A DNA stretch of 64,000 bases from an uncultured Bacteroidota bacterium (GCA_947168315.1 CAMVLL010000002.1:2418-66417); one strand, 5' to 3'. Counted from the first letter of the stretch, positions 54,537 through 63,732 are shown. Translations and numbers: made by a program. Notes: generated by a model not told the origin, from the letters alone.

Positions 54537-57389
54537 ATGAAAAAATATATCGTTGTTAGCCTTTCCTTTCTAATCGTGTTGTTGTATTCATGTAAACAAG
54601 GTTCCAGTGAAACCATCGATTTATCAGGCGTCTGGTCCTTTCAATTGGATTCATTGAATGTGGGCAATGAGCAGCATTGGTACTCTGCCCGGTTGTCGGA
54701 TTCCATCAACCTGCCCGGAACTATCGACTCAAATCAAAAGGGTATCAAGAACTTGAATAAGTCGGAAACTTCCCATCTTTCAAGAGAATACTATTATGTG
54801 GGGAAGGCCTGGTACAGTAAGACAGTAGAAGTTCCTGCCAATTGGGCACACAAGTCGATTCTTTTGGTTCTTGAAAGGACGAAACCGACAAAGGTGTGGG
54901 TGGATGATACCTTTATAGGTGCTTCGGATGACATTTCCACGTCGCAAGTGTACGACTTGAGCACTTCCTTAACTCCAGGGACTCATAAACTGACCATAAT
55001 GGTAGATAATGGCAATTCCGTACCCAAACAAGTCATTGCCAACTCACATGCTTATACAGAATCAACTCAAACAAACTGGAATGGTATTATCGGCAAGATT
55101 GCATTGGAAGTTAGACCTCAGGTTTATATAGAGGATATTCAAGTCTATACATTCCCGGCAGAGCAGAAAGGAGTACTGAAACTGACATTGAACAAAGTAC
55201 CCAAGCTCAACCAATCACTCTATGTTACTTTGGCGGCAAAGTCTTTCAATTCTAATAAAAGAAATCAGATTCATTGGCAGCATGAAGCACTGCTAAGGGA
55301 TAGGACAATCTCCATCGATTTCCCTTTAGGTGATGAATTTCTGACATGGAGTGAGTTTGAGCCTAACCTCTATCGGATGAAAGTGACGGTTAACGGAGAA
55401 AAAATCAAGGATCAGACATACACAACATTTGGTATACGTGACTTCCAAGTCAAGGACAGACAATTCTCAATCAATGGACTTACCACTTATCTGCGTGGGA
55501 AACATGATGCTTGTGTCTTTCCACTAACAGGATATGTGGCGATGGACGTGGATACATGGAGACATTATTTCCAAGTAGCAAAGGAATATGGAATCAATCA
55601 TTACCGTTTCCATTCCTGGTGTCCGCCTGAGGCTTGTTTTGAAGCTGCCGATTTGGAAGGAATCTATTTACAACCTGAATTGCCTATTTGGGGAAGTCTG
55701 ACCGAAAAGGACACTGTCCTAAATAACTTCTTGATGAAAGAAGGTCTTCATATACAACAGGCATACTCTAATCATGCTTCTTTCGTGATGATGGGATTAG
55801 GAAATGAGTTATCGGGTGAGCAATCAGTCTTTGAAAAGTTGGTGAATGCCTTTCGCCAACAAGAAAATCGCCATCTTTATACTTCTGGCTCAAACAATTA
55901 TTTAGGTTATAAAGGGTATAACGGTTGGGATGATTACTTTACTACGTGTCGGGTGCCAGGTGATAATAGTTTAGCGACCCATACCAGAGGTTCTTTCTCG
56001 TTTGCTGATGTGGACGAAGGCGGATACATTAATACGCTCTATCCGAATACGACAATGAATTTCGATGCGGCAGTACGACAGAGCGATCTCCCGATTATCA
56101 GCCACGAGACAGGACAATTCCAAATCTATCCGGACTATAATCAGATACAGAAATACGCTGGAAACCTGAAACCATGGAACTTAGAGGTCTTCAAACAACG
56201 GTTGGAACAGGCTGGCATGGCCGATCAGGCTCAGGATTTCTTTGAAGCTTCAGGAAAATGGTCTGTGCAGTTGTATCGTGCCGACATAGAAATGGATCTT
56301 AGGACTCGGAAAATGGCCGGTTTCCAATTGCTGGACTTGCAGGATTATCCAGGACAAGGCTCCGCTTATGTAGGTATTTTGGATGCTTTCATGGATAGTA
56401 AAGGACTTATTCAACCTGAGGAATGGAGAGAATTCTGTAGTGAGGTGGTTCCTTTGTTGGTTATCCCTCGTTTCACATATAATAAAAATGAAGAGGTGAA
56501 GGCAGAAGTCAAGATTGCAAACTACTCGAATTCTGATTTAAAAGATAAACATCTCTCATGGAAATTAAAATCGTCATCTGATAAAGTGTTAGATGAGGGC
56601 GTTCTTCAAGTGAATGCACAGCAAGGCGCATTGACAACACTGGGATTTATTCTTCCGAAGATCAGTGGAGTTCAAAAAACCGAGAAATGTACACTCTCAC
56701 TTCAGATTGATGGTACGAAATATCGGAATAGTTATCCTCTTTGGGTGTACGATTTGAACCATCAGTTTGCGGTGCCTGAGAATATTCGAATTACCCACAC
56801 CTTGGATCGCAGTACTTTGGTCGATTTAGTTCAAGGAGGCAAGGTCTTGTTCTTCCCGGATGCTAAGAAATATGAGGATATCACCGTTGGAGGATTATTC
56901 CAGACAGATTATTGGAACTATCGAATGTTTAAGACGGTTAGTGAGCGTTTAGGAAAGGAGGTTTCTCCGGGTACTTTAGGCATTCTGACGAACCCTGAAT
57001 CGCCATTGTTCCAATTGTTCCCAACCGAGAATCATACTAATTGGCAGTGGTTCCCTATCGTGAAGGCTAGTCATCCGTTAATCCTCGATCGTTTGAACAG
57101 TGATTATAAACCGCTTGTTCAGGTTATCGATAATATTGAGCGCAACCATAAACTGGGATTAATCTTTGAATTTGCCGTAGATAAAGGAAAACTCTTGGTT
57201 TGTATGGCCGACTTGGAGACATTGTTAGACTATCCTGAGGGACGGGCACTCTACGAGAGTGTTATCCGTTACATGGATTCGAATGCGTTCCAACCAAGCT
57301 ATCAGATGAATGCTTCGGATATCGCTGCCTTGTTCAGCTCGCCTGTGGAGCAGCAAGGAATAAAAGGATTGGATAATTTCTCTTATTGA
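54537..57389 (+). CDS. GH2 glycoside hydrolase lipoprotein
   Basis: Lipobox YSC, FGIRDF, RFHSWCPP, LGNEL, SHETGQ, LQDYPGQG. Confidence 0.88.
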   Translation: MKKYIVVSLSFLIVLLYSCKQGSSETIDLSGVWSFQLDSLNVGNEQHWYSARLSDSINLPGTIDSNQKGIKNLNKSETSHLSREYYYVGKAWYSKTVEVPANWAHKSILLVLERTKPTKVWVDDTFIGASDDISTSQVYDLSTSLTPGTHKLTIMVDNGNSVPKQVIANSHAYTESTQTNWNGIIGKIALEVRPQVYIEDIQVYTFPAEQKGVLKLTLNKVPKLNQSLYVTLAAKSFNSNKRNQIHWQHEALLRDRTISIDFPLGDEFLTWSEFEPNLYRMKVTVNGEKIKDQTYTTFGIRDFQVKDRQFSINGLTTYLRGKHDACVFPLTGYVAMDVDTWRHYFQVAKEYGINHYRFHSWCPPEACFEAADLEGIYLQPELPIWGSLTEKDTVLNNFLMKEGLHIQQAYSNHASFVMMGLGNELSGEQSVFEKLVNAFRQQENRHLYTSGSNNYLGYKGYNGWDDYFTTCRVPGDNSLATHTRGSFSFADVDEGGYINTLYPNTTMNFDAAVRQSDLPIISHETGQFQIYPDYNQIQKYAGNLKPWNLEVFKQRLEQAGMADQAQDFFEASGKWSVQLYRADIEMDLRTRKMAGFQLLDLQDYPGQGSAYVGILDAFMDSKGLIQPEEWREFCSEVVPLLVIPRFTYNKNEEVKAEVKIANYSNSDLKDKHLSWKLKSSSDKVLDEGVLQVNAQQGALTTLGFILPKISGVQKTEKCTLSLQIDGTKYRNSYPLWVYDLNHQFAVPENIRITHTLDRSTLVDLVQGGKVLFFPDAKKYEDITVGGLFQTDYWNYRMFKTVSERLGKEVSPGTLGILTNPESPLFQLFPTENHTNWQWFPIVKASHPLILDRLNSDYKPLVQVIDNIERNHKLGLIFEFAVDKGKLLVCMADLETLLDYPEGRALYESVIRYMDSNAFQPSYQMNASDIAALFSSPVEQQGIKGLDNFSY

Positions 57390-57390
57390 T

Positions 57391-58158
57391 ATGAGGGTAG
57401 CCTTATTTCAGCAGGATGTTCTTCTCTCTGATCCTGTAGGGAACAGAGAAAAGATTGCATCTGTACTATCACATCAGCATGACTGCGATTTATTCATTTT
57501 GCCAGAGATGTTTACGACTGGCTTCTGTACGAAGAAACAGAATGGAATGATTGTTTGTGACGATGGAGAGACGTTGCCGTGGATAATTCAGATGGCAAAA
57601 CAATACCAATTGGCCATTGCTGGGAGTGTGGCAGTACAGTTGGATGAAGGTCAACGCTTCAATCGTTTCTATTTTGTTCATCCCGATGGAAAAGTTTGTA
57701 CTTACGATAAACATCATCTGTTCACCTATGGTCATGAGGACTCTTTTTTTGGAGCGGGAGATAGACGTGTCGTGGTAGATTATAAAGGATGGAGGATTCT
57801 GTTACAGGTTTGCTACGATATTCGTTTCCCTGTCTTCTCGCGATATAAGGGTGATTATGATGCAATTATCTATGTTGCTAATTTCCCGGCATTACGTATT
57901 GAAGCCTGGCGTTCGTTGATTCGTGCACGAGCCATTGAGAACCAGTGTTATGTGATGGCTGTCAATCGGGTGGGGAAGGACCAGGTGACGGATTACAACG
58001 GCTTTAGTGCAGTGATTGATGCATATGGACAGGCAGTCGTTGAGGCGGATCGACAGTCGGAGTGCGTGTTAACGGCATGTTTAGACTTACAACGACAAAA
58101 CGTTTTCCGCAAACGGTTCCCAACTTGGAAGGATGCTGATCCATTCCATTTTGACTAA
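57391..58158 (+). CDS. Nitrilase-family amidohydrolase (YafV/omega-amidase-like)
   Basis: LPEMF, YDKHHLF, VCYDIRFP, ARAIENQ. Confidence 0.92.
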   Translation: MRVALFQQDVLLSDPVGNREKIASVLSHQHDCDLFILPEMFTTGFCTKKQNGMIVCDDGETLPWIIQMAKQYQLAIAGSVAVQLDEGQRFNRFYFVHPDGKVCTYDKHHLFTYGHEDSFFGAGDRRVVVDYKGWRILLQVCYDIRFPVFSRYKGDYDAIIYVANFPALRIEAWRSLIRARAIENQCYVMAVNRVGKDQVTDYNGFSAVIDAYGQAVVEADRQSECVLTACLDLQRQNVFRKRFPTWKDADPFHFD

Positions 58159-58176
58159 GTTTGTTTAGACTATAAA

Positions 58177-58222
58177 TAAAAACAGGTACCGACTTCTTAG
58201 ATGGTCGATACCTGTTCGTTTT
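58177..58222. terminator. Bidirectional terminator
   Basis: AACAGGTACCGAC...GTCGATACCTGTT between convergent genes. Confidence 0.75.
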
Positions 58223-58247
58223 ATGTAAGGGTATATTTTTACTCGTC

Positions 58248-59996
58248 TTATGGCTCGTAAATATAAGGACTTTCAGTGATTTCACCAACTACACCACCGA
58301 CGGTAACAGTACCGATGGTCGAATTTGGATTAGGTTCGTACTGAGTACGATAGTTCGTTCCATGACCAATCGTGTGCGGTGCATAAGTAAATCCGCCTTC
58401 AGAAACTGATCCTTCACCTTTTGTTGCACTGATTATGCAATCGCTTATTGTGATGTTGCCGACAGTATAATAAGTATATCCACCTCCGATTGCTGCAGCT
58501 AACTCACCGCCTTCAGCAGTGACGGTTCCTCCGCTGATAGTGATGTTACCGCAAACGGAAAGATGACTACTACCGCTACCAAAACTAGCACCGATACCAG
58601 CGGCTTGCTTACCTCCAATAGCTAAAACAGTACCGCTCTTGATGGTGATGTCACCGCACATGTTGTTACCAGTGACGTCGTTATTGCTACTACGGAAACA
58701 AGAACCGATACCAGCTGCATAATCACCACCGATGGCAGTGATACTTGGATCGCCTTCAATGACGATATTACCACAGTCGCCCTCTTTATTCTTGGCACTG
58801 CCGATTCCTGCAGCATCGCCATTGCTCATGACTTCGAGTGATCCATCGCCATTGATGGTGAGTGTTGAACCGACAGCGACGGTGAGACCAGGATATCTTG
58901 AATCAAATCCTTTTACAAAGTTCGTACCTATGAGTTCGATAGTAGCATCTCCTTCACAAGTCAGACCAGCCCATTCGTATACTTGTTGTGGTTCGCTGCT
59001 CCAATCACTTGGTGCTCCATTAATGGTTGCATCCACCAAAGATACCTTAGCACCGTCGGCAATTGAAATTTTGTAAGGTTGATCTTTGCCTTCGAGTGTG
59101 CCAGTGAGTATGTAACCGTCTTTGGCTGTTACATCACTTGTTACTAAATTGAGATTCAACCCCTTAGTCATATTCTTAACCGTAATTACATAGTACTTGC
59201 CAGCTGAAAATGTTACTTCCCACTTTGTGTAGAAATAGCTATTACCAACATTGTTGACTACATTTAAATTGAACTCATCAAATGTTTCACCGGCTGATGG
59301 CATAATCGCCGCATAGATGGTATTAGTAGCTGAAGAAGGAACAATGGTCACCGCTCCACATGATTCCTCTCCAGAGATTTTGTCAGATGTCTGAACAATA
59401 TTCTTTTCATCTTTGATCGTACCGCCAATAGTTAAACTCGTCACTTCTTCAGGAAAGATGAACTTGACAATGGCTTGAGAACTTTTGAAATTGGCTGTTC
59501 CTGTCACAGTCATGTTCGAACCACTGATGTTGATATTGCTCTTTTCAACAGTACATTCGGCATAGTCATATTTGTTTTCAATGGAGTTGTCGTCCGACAC
59601 TAATAATCCGTTCTGACCTGTGTAGTCACGGTTGTATCCATGCAGATACAATGTCATGTCATTATCTGCTGTTACGCCAGAAACAGTACCGCTAAGAGTG
59701 GTAGAACCTGTGTCACTTGCTTTTGCCTCGAGTGTACCGAGAAGCTCGCCGGCTTGGACAACATCAACCTTTTCTCCTTCATTCCACTTTACATTAAGAG
59801 TCTTTCCGTCGAGGTTTAAACCACGTGTAATAGCATCGCTTTCCTTTGTAGCCTGAACTGTCAACGTGTAAGCTTGGTCGGTTGGGGTGACTTTCTTCTC
59901 AATCTTAAAATCTTGATCGTTTGAGCAAGCAGTAAAGGCGGCTCCTACTACCAGCAGGGCTGCCAAAGTACGGAAGTTTAATACATTCTTTTTCAT
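58248..59996 (-). CDS. Surface lipoprotein: fimbrillin/type V pilin-like N-terminal half plus Gly-rich repeat (beta-helix-like) C-terminal half
   Basis: Lipobox FTAC then SNDQD, AITRGL, KWNEGEKV, FSAGKYY; repeats AAGIG...CGnItI.GG. Confidence 0.7.
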   Translation of the reverse strand: MKKNVLNFRTLAALLVVGAAFTACSNDQDFKIEKKVTPTDQAYTLTVQATKESDAITRGLNLDGKTLNVKWNEGEKVDVVQAGELLGTLEAKASDTGSTTLSGTVSGVTADNDMTLYLHGYNRDYTGQNGLLVSDDNSIENKYDYAECTVEKSNINISGSNMTVTGTANFKSSQAIVKFIFPEEVTSLTIGGTIKDEKNIVQTSDKISGEESCGAVTIVPSSATNTIYAAIMPSAGETFDEFNLNVVNNVGNSYFYTKWEVTFSAGKYYVITVKNMTKGLNLNLVTSDVTAKDGYILTGTLEGKDQPYKISIADGAKVSLVDATINGAPSDWSSEPQQVYEWAGLTCEGDATIELIGTNFVKGFDSRYPGLTVAVGSTLTINGDGSLEVMSNGDAAGIGSAKNKEGDCGNIVIEGDPSITAIGGDYAAGIGSCFRSSNNDVTGNNMCGDITIKSGTVLAIGGKQAAGIGASFGSGSSHLSVCGNITISGGTVTAEGGELAAAIGGGYTYYTVGNITISDCIISATKGEGSVSEGGFTYAPHTIGHGTNYRTQYEPNPNSTIGTVTVGGVVGEITESPYIYEP

Positions 59997-60008
59997 CGTT
60001 TACCCTCC

Positions 60009-60143
60009 TTAATCCCAGTCTTCTTCATTTGCTTCACCGTAACCATCGCCACGGGTGGTTGTAACACTACTAGTCAGAAAAGCTGTCTCTGACTGCATTT
60101 CGACGATATTCATCGTCGGTTTTTCATACTCTTCCTTCTTCAT
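60009..60143 (-). CDS. 44-aa peptide with YxxP leader motif, candidate RiPP precursor (not in the ORF track)
   Basis: Manual translation: MKKEEYEKPTMNIVEMQSETAFLTSSVTTTRGDGYGEANEEDWD*; A-rich upstream context; stop 12 bp before the next ATG. Confidence 0.8.
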   Translation of the reverse strand: MKKEEYEKPTMNIVEMQSETAFLTSSVTTTRGDGYGEANEEDWD

Positions 60144-60391
60144 AACTTGGCTGTTTTTTGATATAATAATTAATTTCGTATCGACTTAAGTAATAATAAT
60201 ATAAACAATGATTGAAAATCAGTGAATTACGAGAAATACCTATCCCCTTATTATATGTAAATATAGAAGAAAATATCTATATTTATATTAAATTCTTCAA
60301 AAAAATATCTTGAATATGGAACATACCTACATATACTACGATACATAATTCATCGTAGATGATTGGTCATTCTCAAAAAGGGGATTATTCA

Positions 60392-62035
60392 TCAAGAAAT
60401 CTTTTCTAAACGGACAATATCTGTACAATAGTCCGCAATCATTTCATGATGAGTGATAAAAAGCATGGTTTTGTTTGGATAATCCGTCAATAGGCGTTGC
60501 ATAAGTGTCTTCTCGGTCTCTTTATCCAAAGAAGAACTAAACTCATCCATCAACAGAATATTTCCTTTACGAAGTAATCCTCTGGCGATGGCAATTCGTT
60601 GAGCCTGACCTTCACTTAAACCTGTTCCCCGTTCTTTGCAAGGGCTATCCAGTCCAAGAGGGAGCTCTCTCACGAAATCGGCAACCGTCGTATGCAATAC
60701 TTGATAGAGTTCTTCATCAGTAGCTTCCGGATTGCCTAATAACAGGTTATCGCGTATCGTTCCACTGAGAAGAGAATTACCTTGTGGCACATATACGATG
60801 TTGCATCGACTTTCGGCATTGGTCGGAATCTGTTCTTTGTCATTATATAGTAGGATACTTCCTTCGTTAGGTTGAAGAATGGAGAGAATCAGCCTGAATG
60901 TCGTACTTTTTCCTGCTCCCGTTTCGCCCATAATGGCTGTACGGCTACCTGGAAGGAAGTCGTGTGAGAAATTACGCAAGACATTTCTGCTGTCTTCATC
61001 ATAACGGTAGGTGATGTTTTGCATGCGAATACCAACTTTTCCCTCCAACCAATGTCGGTCCTTGATATCTTCACTGGGATACGTCTCGAGTTCATGTAAC
61101 CGATCGATAGAAGTCGTGGCATGAATGAACTTCGGAATAAGTCGTGTAAGATCGACTGTTGGACGTTGAATCTGATTCACCAATTGCAAGAACGCGCTCA
61201 TGATACCGTATGTGATATCTCCGGACTTTAATTGGAAGATACTCCAGATGAAAACTGTCAGATAGCCGATGGAGAAACCTGCAGATACCATTGAACGTGA
61301 GCATGTGGAGAAACGGGTACGACTCATGGTCTGTCCGTACAATGTTTCTTGTAGATTATCCAGCTTGTCGGTCATGTTCTCGCTTTGTTCCATGGTCTGG
61401 ATGACAATGCGATGCTGTAAGTTCTCTTGAAGTACGCTTTGGACATGACTGTCTGTCGTACGAATGTTCTTGGTAAGTTGTCGTAGCTTGCGGAAATAAA
61501 TCTTGCTTGCCAATAAAAAGAATGGCATAATGAAAATAATTCCGATTGCAAGAGTCGGACTAAGATGGAAGAGGAATAGAAAGGCTGCAATCAGGTTGAA
61601 CAGCGTGATGGCTAAATTTGGCAGTGCCTCACAAACAGTCTCGGTTACTACTCGTACGTCTTCCTCTAATCGATTGAGGATATCTCCGCTGTGAAGTTCG
61701 TTTTTCCCTGGCCATATTACATTTATCAGATGTACGAACAGTTTATGTCGCACATCATTCTTCATTTTGATTACCGTTTGATTGGTAAGCCAATAGTTCA
61801 CATTGTTACATACAACTTGTGATAGCAAGAACACTATCAAGAGGATGATGAAGATAGTAAAGGTCGTTGAGGAAAATGGGATATGATTGGTGGCCATATC
61901 GATTAACTGCTTGCTGACATAGATAAAGAGCAAGCCGGCAATCACTCGTGTGATTCCAATCAAGCAATTCAAGAGTAACCGCAGTCGGATACCATTGGTA
62001 TATTGCCACAACCATTGTAGGATATGCTTCAGCAT
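60392..62035 (-). CDS. ABC exporter (fused TMD-NBD, no C39 peptidase domain)
   Basis: Six TM, HSGDILNRL, Walker A GETGAGKST, YVPQ, LSEGQAQR, LLMDE, ITHH. Confidence 0.93.
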   Translation of the reverse strand: MLKHILQWLWQYTNGIRLRLLLNCLIGITRVIAGLLFIYVSKQLIDMATNHIPFSSTTFTIFIILLIVFLLSQVVCNNVNYWLTNQTVIKMKNDVRHKLFVHLINVIWPGKNELHSGDILNRLEEDVRVVTETVCEALPNLAITLFNLIAAFLFLFHLSPTLAIGIIFIMPFFLLASKIYFRKLRQLTKNIRTTDSHVQSVLQENLQHRIVIQTMEQSENMTDKLDNLQETLYGQTMSRTRFSTCSRSMVSAGFSIGYLTVFIWSIFQLKSGDITYGIMSAFLQLVNQIQRPTVDLTRLIPKFIHATTSIDRLHELETYPSEDIKDRHWLEGKVGIRMQNITYRYDEDSRNVLRNFSHDFLPGSRTAIMGETGAGKSTTFRLILSILQPNEGSILLYNDKEQIPTNAESRCNIVYVPQGNSLLSGTIRDNLLLGNPEATDEELYQVLHTTVADFVRELPLGLDSPCKERGTGLSEGQAQRIAIARGLLRKGNILLMDEFSSSLDKETEKTLMQRLLTDYPNKTMLFITHHEMIADYCTDIVRLEKIS

Positions 62036-62054
62036 GGAGATGATTATCTATTTG

Positions 62055-62324
62055 TCAATCAGAAATCAATCCTACTGATTTCCACTTTTCCAAGATGGCT
62101 TTGGCATCTTTTTCAGCAATCTGATGGTCGATTTGATAGTAGTTTTCCAAGAAATCAATGGCATCCTCTTCTGAAAAGTCTTTGATTGCAAGGGCCCTCC
62201 ACAGGTTTGCGGCACTCGAGTTAAGCGCAATGATTTTGTTGAAGTTAATCTGATCCAATCCTTCTCCGATAACTACATCTTTATCTCCAATCTTTCGTAA
62301 AACGAATCCTTCTTTAATTTTCAT
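62055..62324 (-). CDS. PqqD family / RiPP recognition element (RRE)
   Basis: 89 aa, MKIKEGFVLRKIG...IALNSSAANLW...AEKDAKAILEKWKSVGLI winged-helix pattern. Confidence 0.88.
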   Translation of the reverse strand: MKIKEGFVLRKIGDKDVVIGEGLDQINFNKIIALNSSAANLWRALAIKDFSEEDAIDFLENYYQIDHQIAEKDAKAILEKWKSVGLISD

Positions 62325-62779
62325 ATTCGATATAATCTTTTATAAATAGCTAAGATCCATCTACGGATGGGGCGCAATCGTTGCCATTGCTGGGCTTTCT
62401 TGCGTTCTTTTTCCGTGTTAGGATTGATTTGCCTATCTTTTTTAAAAATATAATCGACCTTTCCTATCAGGTCCTTTTGCTTACATTTTTCTATTCCTTT
62501 GATATTTCCGTCGCCCATAAGGATGACCGTTGCCTCCGGCTCGTTCCCACCTATTGACAGAATACGGTGTAGAACATAATGATCTTCCGTCACTTCAGCC
62601 AAAACAATATCTCCGACTTCATAGTTCTCTGTGGATGTCAGTTCAACACTGTCTTTGTCGCCATGTAGGAAAGGTAACATGCTGTTCCCTTTCACCTTTA
62701 ACGTGACTTTTTTCCCTTCTTTCAGCAAGCGTTTAGCCTCACCTAACAAGACAGCATTCGATATAACCACTCTTTCCAT
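62321..62779 (-). CDS. Soluble S24/S26-family peptidase
   Basis: GNSMLPFL (Ser), GDIVL, YVLHRIL (His), MGDGN, LIGKV; no TM anchor. Confidence 0.85.
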   Translation of the reverse strand: MERVVISNAVLLGEAKRLLKEGKKVTLKVKGNSMLPFLHGDKDSVELTSTENYEVGDIVLAEVTEDHYVLHRILSIGGNEPEATVILMGDGNIKGIEKCKQKDLIGKVDYIFKKDRQINPNTEKERKKAQQWQRLRPIRRWILAIYKRLYRI

Positions 62780-62780
62780 C

Positions 62781-63683
62781 TTATTCTCCTGTTAAAGCGT
62801 GGAAACTCATTCTTGCAGCTTCCTCATCAGGAAGACACTTTAAGTTAAGAACTGGAACCTTTGTGACGAGCTCGTTTAACGTTTTGTTCATATCGTCAGC
62901 CATCTTACGTTCCCATTTCATACCTGATACAGTAGGAAGCAAGGCTGCATAAGCTTGAATCACGTTCAACTTATGTATTTCGTTCTTAGGTGCTTGCCAG
63001 AGTCGTACAAAACCTCCAATTAAAGCTGATTCGTTCTTATAACAAGGCGTTTTCCCACTCCAAGGTGTGCCATAAACCATCGGAATTCCCTTATTATTGA
63101 TTCCAATGGCTGGGTTGTCATCGTTCAACAGGGTAGTTCCGTCAATGTGCTTAAGCCAAAGACTGCTATGCGTGCTTTTGCCTGTTCCGCTTTTACCTAA
63201 GAAAAGATAACCTTTACCTTTATAAGTGATGACAGAGGAATGCTGCAATAGGATGTTATGTGACGCACCAGCAAAGGCAAACATCATCATTAGCGAGTTG
63301 TTCAAGGAATACAATCGAAAAGAAGTATTCCCTTTAACCTGAAGCTTAGCAAAGGTATAATCCTGTTGAAGATGCAGATAGGCAACAAGGTTTGGATCAC
63401 GCGCCAATGTCATGACGATGAGGGTCTCATCCGTGTCGGTAGCCTTATAAATTTTGAAATATTGGGTTTCTTCCTCAAAACTGATTGTCTCAGTAAAAGA
63501 TGATAAATCCATCAATTCGGCTTGTTCAGGAACTACGGTCAGATGGAAGATCGGCTTTTGCGGTGATGTTATGATAAACGGCTCGTAGTTTGTTAGCAGT
63601 TGATTCAATTTATCGTCATCTGCTAACTGAAGATCAAATGGCAGCTCTGCTACTTTATAGTGTAATAAGATGTCGTTCTTCAT
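62781..63683 (-). CDS. HPr kinase/PEPCK-like P-loop protein
   Basis: LQHSS, FLGKSGTGKSTH, LLNDD, GTPWSGKTPCY; ATG at 63683 chosen because TATATTTG lies at 63703-63710. Confidence 0.82.
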   Translation of the reverse strand: MKNDILLHYKVAELPFDLQLADDDKLNQLLTNYEPFIITSPQKPIFHLTVVPEQAELMDLSSFTETISFEEETQYFKIYKATDTDETLIVMTLARDPNLVAYLHLQQDYTFAKLQVKGNTSFRLYSLNNSLMMMFAFAGASHNILLQHSSVITYKGKGYLFLGKSGTGKSTHSSLWLKHIDGTTLLNDDNPAIGINNKGIPMVYGTPWSGKTPCYKNESALIGGFVRLWQAPKNEIHKLNVIQAYAALLPTVSGMKWERKMADDMNKTLNELVTKVPVLNLKCLPDEEAARMSFHALTGE

Positions 63684-63702
63684 ACGCTTCAATTTGGGCA
63701 AG

Positions 63703-63710
63703 CAAATATA
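63703..63710 (-). promoter_or_regulatory. -7 element driving the kinase-peptidase-PqqD-ABC operon
   Basis: TATATTTG on the minus strand about 20 bp upstream of ATG 63683. Confidence 0.65.
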
Positions 63711-63732
63711 ATGATTTTTGACGATTCCCCGT

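Noticed and set aside
60045-60053. RGD integrin-binding motif in the peptide
   Set aside because: A three-residue match is easily chance without conservation data
60009-63683. Calling the cassette a canonical lasso peptide cluster
   Set aside because: No asparagine-synthetase-like cyclase or transglutaminase-like B2 protease in the window; the lasso-compatible register alone is weak evidence
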